A DNA stretch of 64,000 bases from Gracilinanus agilis (taxonomy: Eukaryota): assembly GCF_016433145.1 (NCBI RefSeq), contig NC_058133.1, positions 371,824,761-371,888,760 of the forward strand, read 5' to 3'. Under the pieces are notes generated by a model. The model saw only the letters and a list, made by a program, of their open reading frames with translations, was not told where the DNA came from and searched no databases. Each line of letters begins with the position of its first letter. The first letter of the stretch is position 1. Positions 12,434 to 24,699 of this stretch are shown one piece after another. Position numbers and translations under genes: made by a program.

Positions 12434-14359
12434 ATGGCTAAAAGAAGAAGAGGAGTATTAAAGCATGACGAGTATTTTACTTTTCAGCAGAAATGGACAG
12501 AGGAATTCACCTTTGCAGGTTCTGCAATGTATCTAATATGCAATGAAAAAATTTCATCGATGAAACGGTCAAATATAAAGCGACACTTTGACCTACGCCA
12601 TACTACATTTGCACTGAAATATCCTGCGGGGGACAGCAGGAAGAAAGCATGTGAAGAGCTACTGTGCAGAGTGCAAGCTAGTCAGCAGCAACTCCATGTT
12701 TGGACCCAACAAGGTGACTGGAATTCGGCTAGTTTTGCTGCTACTTTAGCAATTGTGAGAAACGGAAAGCCATTCACAGATGGGGAGAATGCCAAAACAT
12801 TCATGTTTGATGTTGCCAATGAACTTTTCGATGACTTTTCAGATAAAGACAAGATAATCAAACGAATAAAAGGCATGCCTCTGTCGGCAAAAACTGTTCA
12901 GAATCGTACAATAATGATGGCAAATCAAATTGAGGAAACACAACTGAAGGACATAAATCCAGCACTATTCTCTTCTCTCACTGTGGATGAATCAACAGAC
13001 ATAAGCCATTTATCCCAGTTCAGCATGATTGCAAGGTATGTTGTCGGTGACACAGTACGTGAGGAAAGTCTTGCTGTTTTGCCTTTGAAAGGGACAATAA
13101 GAGGGAAGGATTTATTCAAGTCTTTCACTGAGCTTGCTAATGAAAAAAAAATCTACCGATGGATAAACTTATTTCAGTGTGCACTGATGGTACTCCGTGC
13201 ATGGTGGGGAAAAACAGAGGATTCGTAGCGCTTCTTCATGAACATGAAAAGAGACCCATCCTAAGTTTTCACTGCATCCTACATCAGGAAGTACTTTGTG
13301 CTCAGATGTGTGGTGAGCAGCTTGGTGAGGTGATGTCGCTGGTCATTCAGGTGGTCAATTTTATTGTTACCTGAGCTTTAAATGATCGCCAGTTTAAAAC
13401 AATGCTGGAAGAAGTTGGGAATAATTATTCTGGTCTGCTTCTGCACAGCAATGTGCATTGGTTGTCAAGAGGGAAGGTACTCAACCATTTCGCAGTTTGT
13501 CTGAGCGAAATCCGGACTTTTCTTAAAATGAAAAATGTCAAGCATCCTGAGTTAGCCAACACGGAGTGGCTCCTGAAGTTCTACTATCTTGTAGACATAA
13601 CTCAACATCTGAACCAGCTCAGTGTGAAAATGCAAGGCGTTAGAAACACAGTCTTATCCCTTCAACAAGCAGTGTTTGCATCTGAAAATAAGCTAGAACT
13701 CTTCATCACTGACATTGAAACAGGTCGTTTACTACACTTTGAAAAACTGGGAGAGTTTAAAGATGCATGCACAACAAACGACCCTGCTCAACATCTTGAT
13801 CTTCAGCAGCTAGTGGGCTTCACATGTAATCTCCTACAGTCATTCAAAGCACACTTTGGAGAATTTCGTGAGCGCACTCGTCTTTTTAAGTTCATAACCC
13901 ATCCACAAGAGTGTGCAGTGGACAGTGCTGACCTGAGTTACATCCCTGGTGTCTCCGTCAGAGATTTTGAGCTTCAAGCTGCTGATCTGAAGGCCTCAAA
14001 CATGTGGGTGAATAAGTTCAAGTCACTGAACAAAGATTTGGAAAGACTTGCACGACAGCAAGCTGAGTTGGCAAGCAATCACAAGTGGGGAGAAATCTTC
14101 AACCCTTGGATCAGCTGACTGTCAAAACTTGGAACGCCCTTCCTGTCACATATAGCGTGTGAGTATTGCTGCACTGACAGTGTTTGGCTCTACGTATGCA
14201 TGTGAGCAGTCTTTCACACATCTAAAGAACATTAAGACCAACCTAAGATCATGTTTAACAGATGGAAGTCTCAATGCCTGCATGAAGCTTAACCTCACCA
14301 CATATCAACCAGACTACAAATCCATCAGCAAAACCATGCAGCACCAGAAGTCACATTAA
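12434..14359 (+). pseudogene. hAT transposase, disrupted
   Basis: ORFs 12434-13228, 13159-13374, 13402-14118, 14159-14359 carry a decayed BED-like N-terminus, VDESTDIS (catalytic D), CTDGTPCM, FHCILHQE (CxxH), HWLSRG and FGSTYACEQSF dimerisation motif; frameshift in A-run ~13142, stop at 13372-13374, deletion near 14095. Confidence 0.92.
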
Positions 14360-14581
14360 TGGTAAGAAGTACTTTATTCATCATTGATTAGCACATAATA
14401 ACATTATTAAAAATAGTTCAGAGACTTATTGTACTTTAAAAGGGTTGTTCTTACATAAAATGCACATATTTACTTGTATTCAGTGGTAAACATATTGTAC
14501 AGCTCTCACGAAATTACACTTTAAAAAATGTAGCGTTTATGGTTCTCATGGCCAAAAAGGTTGCAGACCCCTGATTCATAC

Positions 14582-14676
14582 AATGCCTCAAGATCTGCCA
14601 AGTGCTTTCAAGAAATCAATGAGCACACTGCTTAAGATGCTGTCCCTACTTGTAACTGTTTTAAAGGCTGTTTCAA
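14582..14676 (-). other. MCM9: Candidate MCM9 5'UTR exon (95 nt)
   Basis: Polypyrimidine tract ttttactcttttgttcaaatttAG acceptor and weak donor TT|GTATGA; non-repetitive; lies between exon 1 and the coding exon. No expression evidence. Confidence 0.35.
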
Positions 14677-17289
14677 CTAAATTTGAACAAAAGAGTAAAA
14701 TGAGGCAAATCTCCCTGCAAGATAACATTTAAGAGCAAGCTTCCTGTCAGTATGGGCTGGTGATTTGCCTCCATTCATGCAGAAGACTCTGAGTAAGATG
14801 ACAGTTCCCCTTAAATAAGTTTTGGGGGTATATAACAAAAAACAGAACAGGATAGATGACATCATGGAATTAAGGGCAATATGACTGGATACAGAACTTA
14901 GGCACAGGGAACAACATCACTGATAGAAAGTTTGGTAATGGGAGTGAGCAACAACCACAGCCTTCATCAGAATAAGAAGTGCTCATTGGTGGTGTCCAGG
15001 TGCAAGAGTGGCCCAGATTTTTGAAAAGCAAACTAGATATCCTTGAAGGACAGCTTAGTGTTAAAGATATTAGGTCCAGCTCCCTTTCTTTTTCACCTCT
15101 TTAAAGTTAGCAAAATTCCTTAAGGAGAGAATAGATCAGTGGTTGGCAGGAGGGCAAGATTTTTAAACTTAACCCATTATGGCTGAATTCTGAATTAAAT
15201 TTAGAGGCAAAGAACCATGACTTAAGCAGTTACAGGATAAAAGCAGTTACAGGTCAAAATCAATCACTTGTAAATAAGCTCTATAAGGAAATGATACAAG
15301 ATCAATTTTAATCTTTTCAAGGTGTTTTCAGTCTATCTTAGAAATTTACATTTCGTGATTGAGTTCATTCCTAGTCTAACCCACCGGGAAAACTTGGTTG
15401 CAATAGGAATATAAAGAAACTTGGTTAAAGAAAACTGCACAGATAAATGCATCAGGATAGAGTAAGACACAGTAACTAGGAATAAGAATACATTTAATGT
15501 ATGGGTTTCTTTCTCTTCATCATATTTGCAAATTTCAATAACTTTTCCCCAGATTCTCTTTATCTTGTACAGAAGGAGTCATAAATTTTAAGTATTTAAT
15601 TCTCTCAATGCTCAAATTGGAGTTCTTTACATTTTTGAAGGTGGACTTTTATGGAAGAGATAATACAAAATAATGGTCTAAAAAACAAGTACATTTGATT
15701 TTGAAATTCATGTCTATAATTAATTTTGGAGTGAAATTTATGGAAATTTACTTTCATAAATGTTTTAATCATGCTAATACTAACATTTTTTTTCTTTCCA
15801 CCAAGTAAAAGTACCAAGTGAGGGAAGTCAGAAGGAATTTGGGGAGAGAGGAGGAAGAAGAAATTGTTTCATTAGCTAGTGAATAGCATTTATATTGTGC
15901 TTAAAGGTGTGGAAAGTGCTTTACAAATATCTCATTTGATCCTCAACAACCTTGGAAAGTAGGAAGCTATTATCTCTATCTTATCTCTATTTTACAGATA
16001 AAGAGAACAGGTAGAGGTAGTGACTAGCCCAGAGTCACAAAGGGAAGTATTGGAGGGGAGATTTGAAGTCAGGGCTTCTTCATTCTCAGTCTAGGATTAT
16101 CTATTCATTGTGCCACTACCTGCTTCCATACAAACCCATCTGAGATTGTGGTGGGCAATCCTCAAAAGGATAATAATAATCGTGGTAATATTAATAACTT
16201 AGTTGCCATGAGTTATAACAATATAAAAAGAACTAAAGGGAGATCCCAGCAAAGTGAGTAGACTTTCTAAGGAAGATTTGAAGAAAGAGCAATTATATGA
16301 GCAGAGATATGGATAGGTTGTGATCTTCATCCAGAAGAAAATAGGATGAAATCACTGATCCACTGAACTATTGGTGAAACAATATAGGACTGCAAGGCTT
16401 GCAAAAATATTTTCTCAGAATAACCCTTTGAGATAGGTATCCCTAATTTTACAAATGAGGAAAAAGACACACTGCTATTAAGTTTTAAGATTTGAACCCA
16501 GATCCTGCCTCCAAATTTAGTCTTGCTGGATGGATTTTGTTACTTTTATTATTTAGTTACTGAGTAGATTTAGTTAACTGCATGGATCTGTTACTTTAAA
16601 AAAAATCAATTACATATTAATTACAAAAGCATGGAAGTAAATGACATCTCTGAAATGTGTACAGCATGTGATCTAATTATAAAAAACTAAAATTAACTAG
16701 GGCGACTATGAAAACTTTCCAGGCAAAGAAAGCCAGTATAGGGTACATATTCAATATGTTCCCAAAGGAAAACCTCATGAGGTTTGAAATTATGCTCTTG
16801 GGGAGTTTTAAGAAAAGAATTTGTGTTTTGGAGATTTGCAATACTGCTTTAAATTTAGGGTCGAGAAAAAACGTCATAGAGGAAACTTAGGGGAGGGGCT
16901 CAAGGCAGATTGAATTTCTCCAAAAGAGTCCTGCATTTCTGACCCTACAACCATCAATTTATTAGTTATCTTTGCTCTTGGTTCGGGGAAAAACCACTAC
17001 CCTAGCTTGGTTGACAATTTCGTCAGACACAATTGGTTACATGTGCTCATCCAAACATACCCAGGCTGAATTTCACTTTGGTCCTTTCAAAGCATTAACA
17101 GGAAAACAGTAGACTTTTTTTTTTTTCCAAATGACAAATGTCACCCATTTTACTTACAAAAGGTGGGGAAGCGATAAAAAGTAAAATCTACGATCAGATT
17201 TTGCCTTTTACGGCAAACTATGTTGTTCTGTTACCACGCAACTCACTCAACTCCCCTCCGAAGTGAAATAGACAAAAAGAAATCTGAGT

Positions 17290-17990
17290 CCCCGGGAGAT
17301 CGTGTCCCCAAGGTTAGGGCTGGGCCCCCTCCAGCCCCACCTCCTTCCCGCTCACTCCGCCTCCTCCAACTTTAGCGTTCCACGCGGGCCGCTAAACCCT
17401 CCAGAGTGAGCTGCGAGGTGACCAGATGCACCCGGAGCCCTGCACGATCCGCCTCCGAATCCGGCGAACTCCGAAAGGCCCCCGCGGCTCGTAGCGGGCA
17501 GAAGAGCTGAGCCGAAAGGAAGAACACTTCTTTTCACTTACCGGCAGACTTTGGGTATCGGGTGGTCATGAAGAACAAGACACTTTCACAAGTTAAGCGA
17601 GGGACAGTCGCCGTTTCGCCCAAGGGCGCCCAGTCAGCACTTTAGCGCGCCGGCGGGCCAGCTGGCGGGCGGGAGCGGGGGCGGAGAGGGATCGCGCGCG
17701 CGCTGGAGCAGGCCCAATCAAAGGCCGGCGGGGAAGGGGCCACGGAGGCCGCTCCTCTCTCTAGCGCCCGCTGTGGTCGCGGCCGTGCTCGTCTCACGCT
17801 GCGTCCGAGCACCCCGCTCGAGGCGCACGCGGAGCTTTGCTTTCCTGGCTTGAGTGGGTGGGGAGGGAGGGGCCTTTCTAGGCTGTCACGGGAATTCGCC
17901 TTAAAGGCCATTCAGCGGTTCCTCCAGGAGGAGGATGGGAGGCGGGGCCGGGGCGTGTCCCGCCGCGCCCTGCCCCTCTGTCCCAGGTTT
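17290..17990. promoter_or_regulatory. MCM9: CpG island / MCM9 promoter
   Basis: Only strongly CpG-rich non-repeat segment; GC boxes (ggggcgg ~17677, ggcggggc ~17941), CCAAT at ~17714, (GC)n run, NRF1-like gcgcacgcg ~17823. Confidence 0.88.
17542..17700 (-). other. MCM9: MCM9 non-coding exon 1 (5' boundary approximate)
   Basis: Strong donor CCG|GTAAGT at 17541 on minus strand inside the CpG island; TSS cannot be fixed from sequence. Confidence 0.65.
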
Positions 17991-18294
17991 ACCTCTGACT
18001 TCAAACAGCCCCAATGGCACAATAAGTACCATTTCCATTATTTTAGTTTACAAAGTTTTCCTCCCTCCTCTACCTTCCTGAGAAATAATGCAAATGTTAC
18101 TCCTGTTTTAAGATGAAGAAACTGAGTCATAGAAAAGGGTGAACAATTAAAAAAACCAGTAAGGTACATCTGTGTTTGGAGTCGGGAGGTAGGGTTCCAC
18201 GCCCTCTTCTGAAATTGAATGAATGAAGGACACTTATGAAACAGGCAGTTAATGATAGGGTGGTGTGTTAAATATGACAGGTATCTGTGAGCTT

Positions 18295-18378
18295 CCTCTC
18301 CTCCCTTCCCAACCTCCCCTCAAGGTTTAGGTTAATCCTCTCCTCCCTTCCCAACCTCCCCTCAAGGTTTAGGTTAAT
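18295..18378 (+). repeat. Perfect 42-bp tandem duplication
   Basis: cctctcctcccttcccaacctcccctcaaggtttaggttaat twice. Confidence 0.95.
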
Positions 18379-18738
18379 TTCTTCCCTCCTTCGTGACCCC
18401 ATTTGGGGTGTTCGTGGCAGAGATTGTAGAGTGGTTTTTCATTTCCTTTTCCAGCTCATTTTACAGAAGAGGAAACTAAGGCAAAGAATGCTAAATGCTA
18501 AGCCCAGGGTCACACAGCTGTCTGACACTGAACAGAGTCTGAGGGCAAATTTGAATTTAGGAAGATGACTTTCTGATTTCAGGCCCAGCCTAATATCTCA
18601 TTTCTTCTGTGGGAGCCTCCCAAACTCTGAGCTAGCTCTGGCAATGTGTGATTCAATCTCATCACCTCTATGTACATCCCTGGAAAGTAGACTGTCAAAG
18701 TAAGGGAACTTGGCAGCAGCATTCACAATTTATCTTTT

Positions 18739-18922
18739 GGGGGCAGCTAGGGGACTCAGTGGATAGAGAGTGAGGCATAGAGATGAGAGGGCCTGAATTA
18801 AAATTTGGCCCTGTGTAACCCTGGGCAAATCATTTAATCCCAATTGCCTAGCCCTTATAGCTAGTCTATTCTGAAACTGATACTTAGTATTGATTCTAAG
18901 GCAAAAGATAAAGGTTTAAACT
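18739..18922 (+). mobile_element. SINE1_Mdo-type SINE (older)
   Basis: Head ggggcagctaggggactcagtggatag, CORE and tail. Confidence 0.8.
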
Positions 18923-18924
18923 GT

Positions 18925-19185
18925 TAAAAAGCATGGAGCCCTGTTTCATTCCATTAGTGAGTGGGAAAATGAGAGAGTATTGTCCATTATCTGGAGCCCT
19001 TGCAAACATGGAGCTGGCATAGAATACTGAAGAATTTCTCTGGACAACCAGATTTTGCCTTGATCTTCCACAAGCCTTCATAACTAACAGTATCAAAGGT
19101 CTTGGTCACATCAATGAACAATGTGTATAGATCTGTTTTGCTCTTGGAATGTCTCCTGGAGTTGTTGGGCAGCAAACACATACTA
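18925..19185 (-). mobile_element. RTE LINE reverse transcriptase fragment
   Basis: DLYTLFIDVTKTFDTVSYEGLWKIKAKSGCPEKFFSI and DNGQYSLIFPLTNGMKQG match the non-LTR RT motifs D..KAFD and G..QG. Confidence 0.85.
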
Positions 19186-19238
19186 ACTATTCTTTGGAAG
19201 CCACACTGGCTCTTGGGTAGATATCTATCCCTCTAGGT

Positions 19239-19432
19239 CAGTGATTCCCAAAGTGGGCGCTACTGCCCCCTGCTGGGTGCTGCAACGATCCATGGAGGAG
19301 GGGATGGCCACAGGTGCATTTATCTTTCCTATTAATTGCTATTAAAATTTTAAAAAATTCAATTTCCATGGGGCTAAAGTAATATTTTTTCTGGAAAGGG
19401 GGTGGTAGGCCAAAAAAGTTTGGGAACCACTG
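19239..19432 (+). mobile_element. hAT MITE (194 bp)
   Basis: TIRs CAGTGATTCCCAAA / TTTGGGAACCACTG; 8-bp TSD ctctaggt / ctttaggt. Confidence 0.9.
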
Positions 19433-19584
19433 CTTTAGGTGAAGGATCAGCCAATTAAGGAAGAATCGAGAATCTTGTTGGCAGTGACTAAGAGAGAACC
19501 CTACCCCCCAAGACTACCTATTTCCTTTTCCTTTATAGAGATGGACAATATACACATCCTTGATCTCTTTGGGCATAATCTCCT

Positions 19585-19787
19585 TTTTTTTTTAAAACCC
19601 TTACCTTCCATCTTGGAGTCAATACTGTATATTGGCTCCAAGGCAGAAGAGTGGTAAGGACTAGGCAATGGGGGTCAAATGACTTGCCCAGGGTCACACA
19701 GCTGGGAAGTGTCTGAGGCCAGATTTGAATTTAGGACCTCCCATCTCTAGGCCTGGCACTCAATCCACTGAGCTACCTAGCTGCCCC
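19585..19787 (-). mobile_element. SINE1_Mdo-type SINE (young)
   Basis: Near-consensus antisense copy. Confidence 0.9.
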
Positions 19788-19924
19788 TTTGCCCCCTTCT
19801 TTAAAAAAAAAACTATTTAGAATATTTTTCCATGGTTACATGATTCATTATTTTTCCCATCCCTCTTCCCTTCCCCTTCCTGGAGCTGACAAGCAATTTC
19901 ACTGGGTTATACATGTATCATTGG

Positions 19925-22420
19925 GCATAATCTCCTCTTGCTATAAAACCTGGAAGATTTCAATCAGCTTTAATCAACTAAGAACAGTGGACCACTTGTC
20001 TTATAAGTCTCTGCTGGAATGGAATCTTCACCAGGTGCTTTGCCACACAAGAGGTGCCTAATGGCATTCAAAACCTCTTCTTCAATTGGAAGTTCAGCTA
20101 GAAAGTACTAACTTCAATTAGAAGTACATGGTCAATGACTTAAGCATTGGTTGATGATGTTCTGTTGAGAACACTATGGAAGTGTTCAGCCTGTCTCTCA
20201 GTGTATCCTGTCCGTAATATCATCAGTGTGGCTCCATCAGTGTGAAAGAATTGGGCTGTACCATAAGTATTTGACCCATAAATAGCCTTCAGGGCATTTT
20301 AGGAGTGCTCTGGATTGTATCTCTCAGTGTAAAACTGAATTTCATCTGCCCTCTTACTGAGCTAAGAATCCTATATCTCTCTAAGCTTCACTTACACTTT
20401 ACTTTAATGGAGTTAAAGGCTACCCGCTTAGAAACAGATAAACTATCTGGCTGGTAAACCTTGTTGAGTTCTTCTGAATTTCCCCATCATTTTCATCAAA
20501 CCAGTCCTGATGTTTGTAAGTGTGCTGACCCATGTGATAAATGTGTTGCTATACACCAAATGTCTGAAAGCTTCCCACTCCTTTTCCATTCCATTGTTGC
20601 CAGCCATGTGTTGGCTCAGTTTTCCCTCTAAGTAAGCAACAAACTGTTAGTACCTGGAGAAGCACTCTAATCTGTTGATGTTAAGTCTTCCAGTAGTCTT
20701 GCCTTGGGATCACCACTTTTGTTGAATGCAAATGTTTAACTTGGAGAGACTATGGCTATGATTGGTCCAGCACTCTGTGCCACTTCATTGCTCTCATATC
20801 TTGTCTGTCTCTTCTTCTTACAGTGACAAAATGCCAATGTTTACTGCAAAGATATATCCATGAAGTTTTATTGCATTTTTGTAAATGGAAGATAGTGTTG
20901 GTGATGAAAAAGGTTACGAAACACACAAGTCTTCATTAGTAAGTGACTATTGTTGCTGTTTCTGACGCCATTTCTCCCAAGGAGATCCTGCTATGTCTTA
21001 TAGTTTGTACCTACTCTGGTTTTAATGCCACCTAGAATTATAGGCTTGTCCTCTTTTGACACATTAATGGTGAGGGTCTCTAGATTTTCATAAAATTTCT
21101 CTTTAACCATATCAGGGGATGGGAACATCTGCACTAATGATGGTGCTGTGGCACTTTCCTGCAAGCGGCAATGGCATTGTCATGAACCTGTTGTTCACTC
21201 CTTTTGGAAGATACACAAGCTTGTTGTCTAGATTAGATATGATAGCAAACCCTTCACCAGCTTCAATGCAGCATTCCTCATCATGGCAACCAGTCAAGAA
21301 GAATGTGTATTCAGCTCCCACTTCAGTAAGCTGGCCTGCATTTGCTAGCCTTGTTTTCCTCAAGGCTCCTTTTTGGATGCAATACTTGCTGAGTACTCTC
21401 ACAGTTAGAGCTGTTTGTCTTCAGGTCTACTAGATTTTGTGTTGTCCATAAATGTGTGCATATTCCATATACTGATGGTGAATTGAATCATCTTTGCAAA
21501 AGTTTTTGAATATTTTTTTGTGTTTTGATTGCAAGGTGGGATTTCTGCCAGCTGTGGTAAGCAGCCTAGAATTAGGTGAAGCAGACAATTTCTAGGGTCC
21601 CTTTTCTAGTCCCTTCTACCAGGAGGTTAACAGTGCAATACTTTTAAAAGGCTGATCAGACATGCAGGGGGCTGCCAAATCCCACTGTTGCTTCAGGTCA
21701 GTGAGAAGACAACTCCATTCTGAGCTACCTGCATACATTGTTGATTACAACTTGCAAGTGTATCTGCACAGAATTTCAATGCAGGTAAAAACAGTGAAAT
21801 AGTAACATAAGAGAATAGTTGAATAGCAGAACAATAAAATAGCAAAATGAATAGTAAAATAATTAAATTGTACAATGTAAAATACTAAAATGGTATGGGT
21901 GATGTGTCTTGACTATCTCATAAATTGGATCGAAGTGAGGTAGAGTGGCTTGAAGTCATTGGCCTCACACTCTCTTCCAGAGTTATCAAAGTCAGGAGCA
22001 TGACAAAAGTCAACATGACCAGTGATGGCTTGGGCAGTGGATGTCTTCGGCATCTTCAATGTCTGACCAAGCTCTAAGTGCTGTACAGTACCTGCTTCAA
22101 CCACCTGCATGACACATTAGAACAAATTGCTCACATCCACCGATTCCAATAGGGAAGTCTTCATATGCTTGGGGTAGACACTCCACTAACTCACCAAAGG
22201 GTTCCCACTTGTAACTTTTAACCTAGGTTAGCCTGTCTTCCAATAGTTCACAGGGATGTGTTTGCTGTGCATGCTTCAGCTTCTTGGAGCCATAGGGGAG
22301 AATTGAGTAGCAAGTGGACACCCAACGTAGATGAGCAGCCCTGAAAAGTACTCGGCAGTCCACACACCAGAAGCACTGGTCCTTCCTGAACACTTCACAC
22401 AGCCCTTCATTATCTGTAAG
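19925..22420 (-). mobile_element. Fragmented RTE LINE (5' region, APE endonuclease, 3' part)
   Basis: 21112-21402 translates as ...ALRKTRLANAGQLTEVGAEYTFF...AGEGFAI..LPKGVNNRFMTMPLPLAG, the RTE endonuclease; flanking pieces RTE-like; boundaries approximate. Confidence 0.8.
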
Positions 22421-22775
22421 GGAAAAGGGAAAGGAATATGCATTTCTATTGTAAATAGTTTTGCAAGTAGCCATCTTGTGCAAACTGTAGCAAGATGGGG
22501 GTTAAGATTTTAGAATCCCAGAGCAGGCATGAGACAGTGGAAAGACTGTTGGAGCACCCCTATAAGTAGGAGGTCACCCCCAAGCAAACTGACTCAGTTG
22601 TGAGTTAGGTGGGTGAAAAGGGTAGAAGGGGAAAAGCTCTCCATTTGAACCCAGAAGCTTCACCAAAGATTTGCGTTAGCTGATCTACATTAGGGTCCAG
22701 CTACTTAGGTCTACTGTTATATCCTGCAATCTGAAGTATAATTTATCATCATCATCAACAAAAATCATCAACAAG

Positions 22776-22958
22776 GGGGCAGCTGGGTAGCTTAGTGGAT
22801 TGAGAGTCAGGCCTAGAGATAGGAGGTTTTAGGTTCAAATCCGGCCTCAGACACTTCCCAGTTGTGTGACCCTGGGCAAGTCACTTAACCCCCATTGCCC
22901 ACCCTTACCACTCTTCCACCTAGGAGCCAATACACAGAAGTTAAGGGTTTAAAAAAAT
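22776..22958 (+). mobile_element. SINE1_Mdo-type SINE, short-tail variant
   Basis: Tail ccacctaggagccaatacacagaagttaaggg, shared with the copy at 53588. Confidence 0.88.
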
Positions 22959-23160
22959 CATGAACAAATTCATCTCAGAAGAAACATCAGTTATTTATTA
23001 TCAGCCAAGCTTAGCCAGTTTTGACATACAGGAGCTAAACTAGGCCGAGGCTACAAAACCAGCCAGAGTGGCAGAATTCTGTCTGAGACTTTTTTCCAAG
23101 AGAACTGCCTGACTATCAATTAGTTTTTAGTTTTAGTTTAACCTTAAAACCTTTATCTTG

Positions 23161-23380
23161 GGGGCAGTTGGGTGGCTCAGTGGTTTGAGAGCCAGACCTA
23201 GAGACGGGAGGTCCTAGGTTCAAATTTGACCTCAGATACTTCCTAGTTGTGGGACCCTGGGTAAGTCACTCAACCCTCATTACCTAGCCCTTACCACTCT
23301 TCTGCCTTGGAGCCAATACACAGTATTGATTCTAAGACAGAAGGTAAGGGTTTCAAAACAAAACAAAACAACCAAAAAAA
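23161..23380 (+). mobile_element. SINE1_Mdo-type SINE
   Basis: Full head, CORE and tail. Confidence 0.88.
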
Positions 23381-24084
23381 CCCTTTACCCTCACCCATTT
23401 TTCCTCAATCCCTAATCCATCAAGATATTCCTTTTTCAATTGATTAAATTGTTATTTGAAAGCTGTTTACTGGCCTAGTCCATCTTCAAGAAGATTCTCA
23501 CTGTCCAGCCTGACAGATGGGATTGATTCCCTGGTGGTGAGGGGTTTCATAGGCTATTTACCAACTCTTGCCTGTGATTAATTCCCAATCAACTCAAGAT
23601 CACAGATATTATCCACAGCCAGATCAGCATAGCTTATAATTACATCAGGAAGATACTGAGTTATATATCATCAAGGGAATAGTGATCTTGACCTGTTGTC
23701 TGTTAAGAATTCTCTCAGTGTCTGCCTACTGACCCTCCTCCTGAGGGAAAACGCTGTCCAGATGCTGATACAGAAGCAGCCTGAGAAAATAATCCCTACA
23801 CCAAGGCACCCACTATGTTTGAGGTATTATGCTAAGCACTTTTTACAGATACTAACCCATCTGATCTTTACAACAACCCTGAGGTAGCTGCTGAAAATGA
23901 TCAGTTGTTATATGCAGGGCACTATGCTTGGAATTGCTTTTCTAAAAGCTGCTGCTTAGTAGAGTAACCCTTTTGTAACTTGGCAAGCAATTATTAGATG
24001 ACCACATAGAGTCAAGCAGGTGGCTTATATATTTGGAATAGAGCTAATGGCTCATGTTTAGTTAGAACTGAAGTGCTTGGTCAG

Positions 24085-24560
24085 TGTAGGTTTGAACGTG
24101 AAACATTCATGGAGTCTTTTTGAGAATACAAAGGAACCTTTATTATCAGAAAAGCTAGTGGCCTAGTCTCAGGGGGTCCAGCACCTTTGCAGGCAGATTT
24201 GGGAGAGCTTTTATTAGGGGTGTCAGTATACCCAGACTCAGGTATATGGGTCAAGGGTTAGAAGAACAGGATGTCTTGTGGTCAGACCCCTCTACATACT
24301 TAGGGCACAGTCTCAGTGCCAAAAAAATGGGGTAACAGCTATAAAAACAGGATTCAGTTGCAAAGCAACTGCTCCCTTCTATGTGCTCAGAGCACAACCT
24401 GTGCTGGCTGCCTGGAAAGAAGGGGGACAGCCATATCAGAAACACTATCTGGGATTTTTGTACTATTTTTCAGCCAAGCAGGGCATCTAAGAAAGAATTG
24501 TCCATTGTGCCATTTACAAGGAAAATTCTACTTTGAGAATTAAAATAGAGAAGCTCTAAG
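24085..24560. mobile_element. Short LTR-like piece (minus) next to a decayed gag zinc-knuckle fragment (plus)
   Basis: tgtagg...ctaca with antisense AATAAA; nearby QAGHLRKNCP resembles the CCHC knuckle GHxxxxCP; no TSD found. Confidence 0.45.
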
Positions 24561-24699
24561 CTATTTTGGTATAATTTAGATTCTACACTTTTGGATTTAT
24601 TCAATTTATATTTTCTGATTAGGGTAGTCCAACTCGGGGCATAGAATAGAGCTGAATTGGGAATAAATGAGAATATGGAACTCCAGACCAGCACATGTT

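Larger units (their letters stand above)
11096..14573 (+). mobile_element. Near full-length hAT DNA transposon (Charlie/Buster-related, GTF2IRD2/EPM2AIP1-like transposase)
   Basis: TIRs (a)AGGGGTCGGCAAC and GTTGCAGACCCCTG; imperfect TSD att-atac / attcatac; subterminal TGGCTC-like repeats; transposase remnants inside. Confidence 0.9.

Noticed and set aside
17352-18116. ORFs within the CpG island
   Set aside because: GC-rich sequence has few stops; low-complexity Arg/Pro/Gly translations with no homology signal
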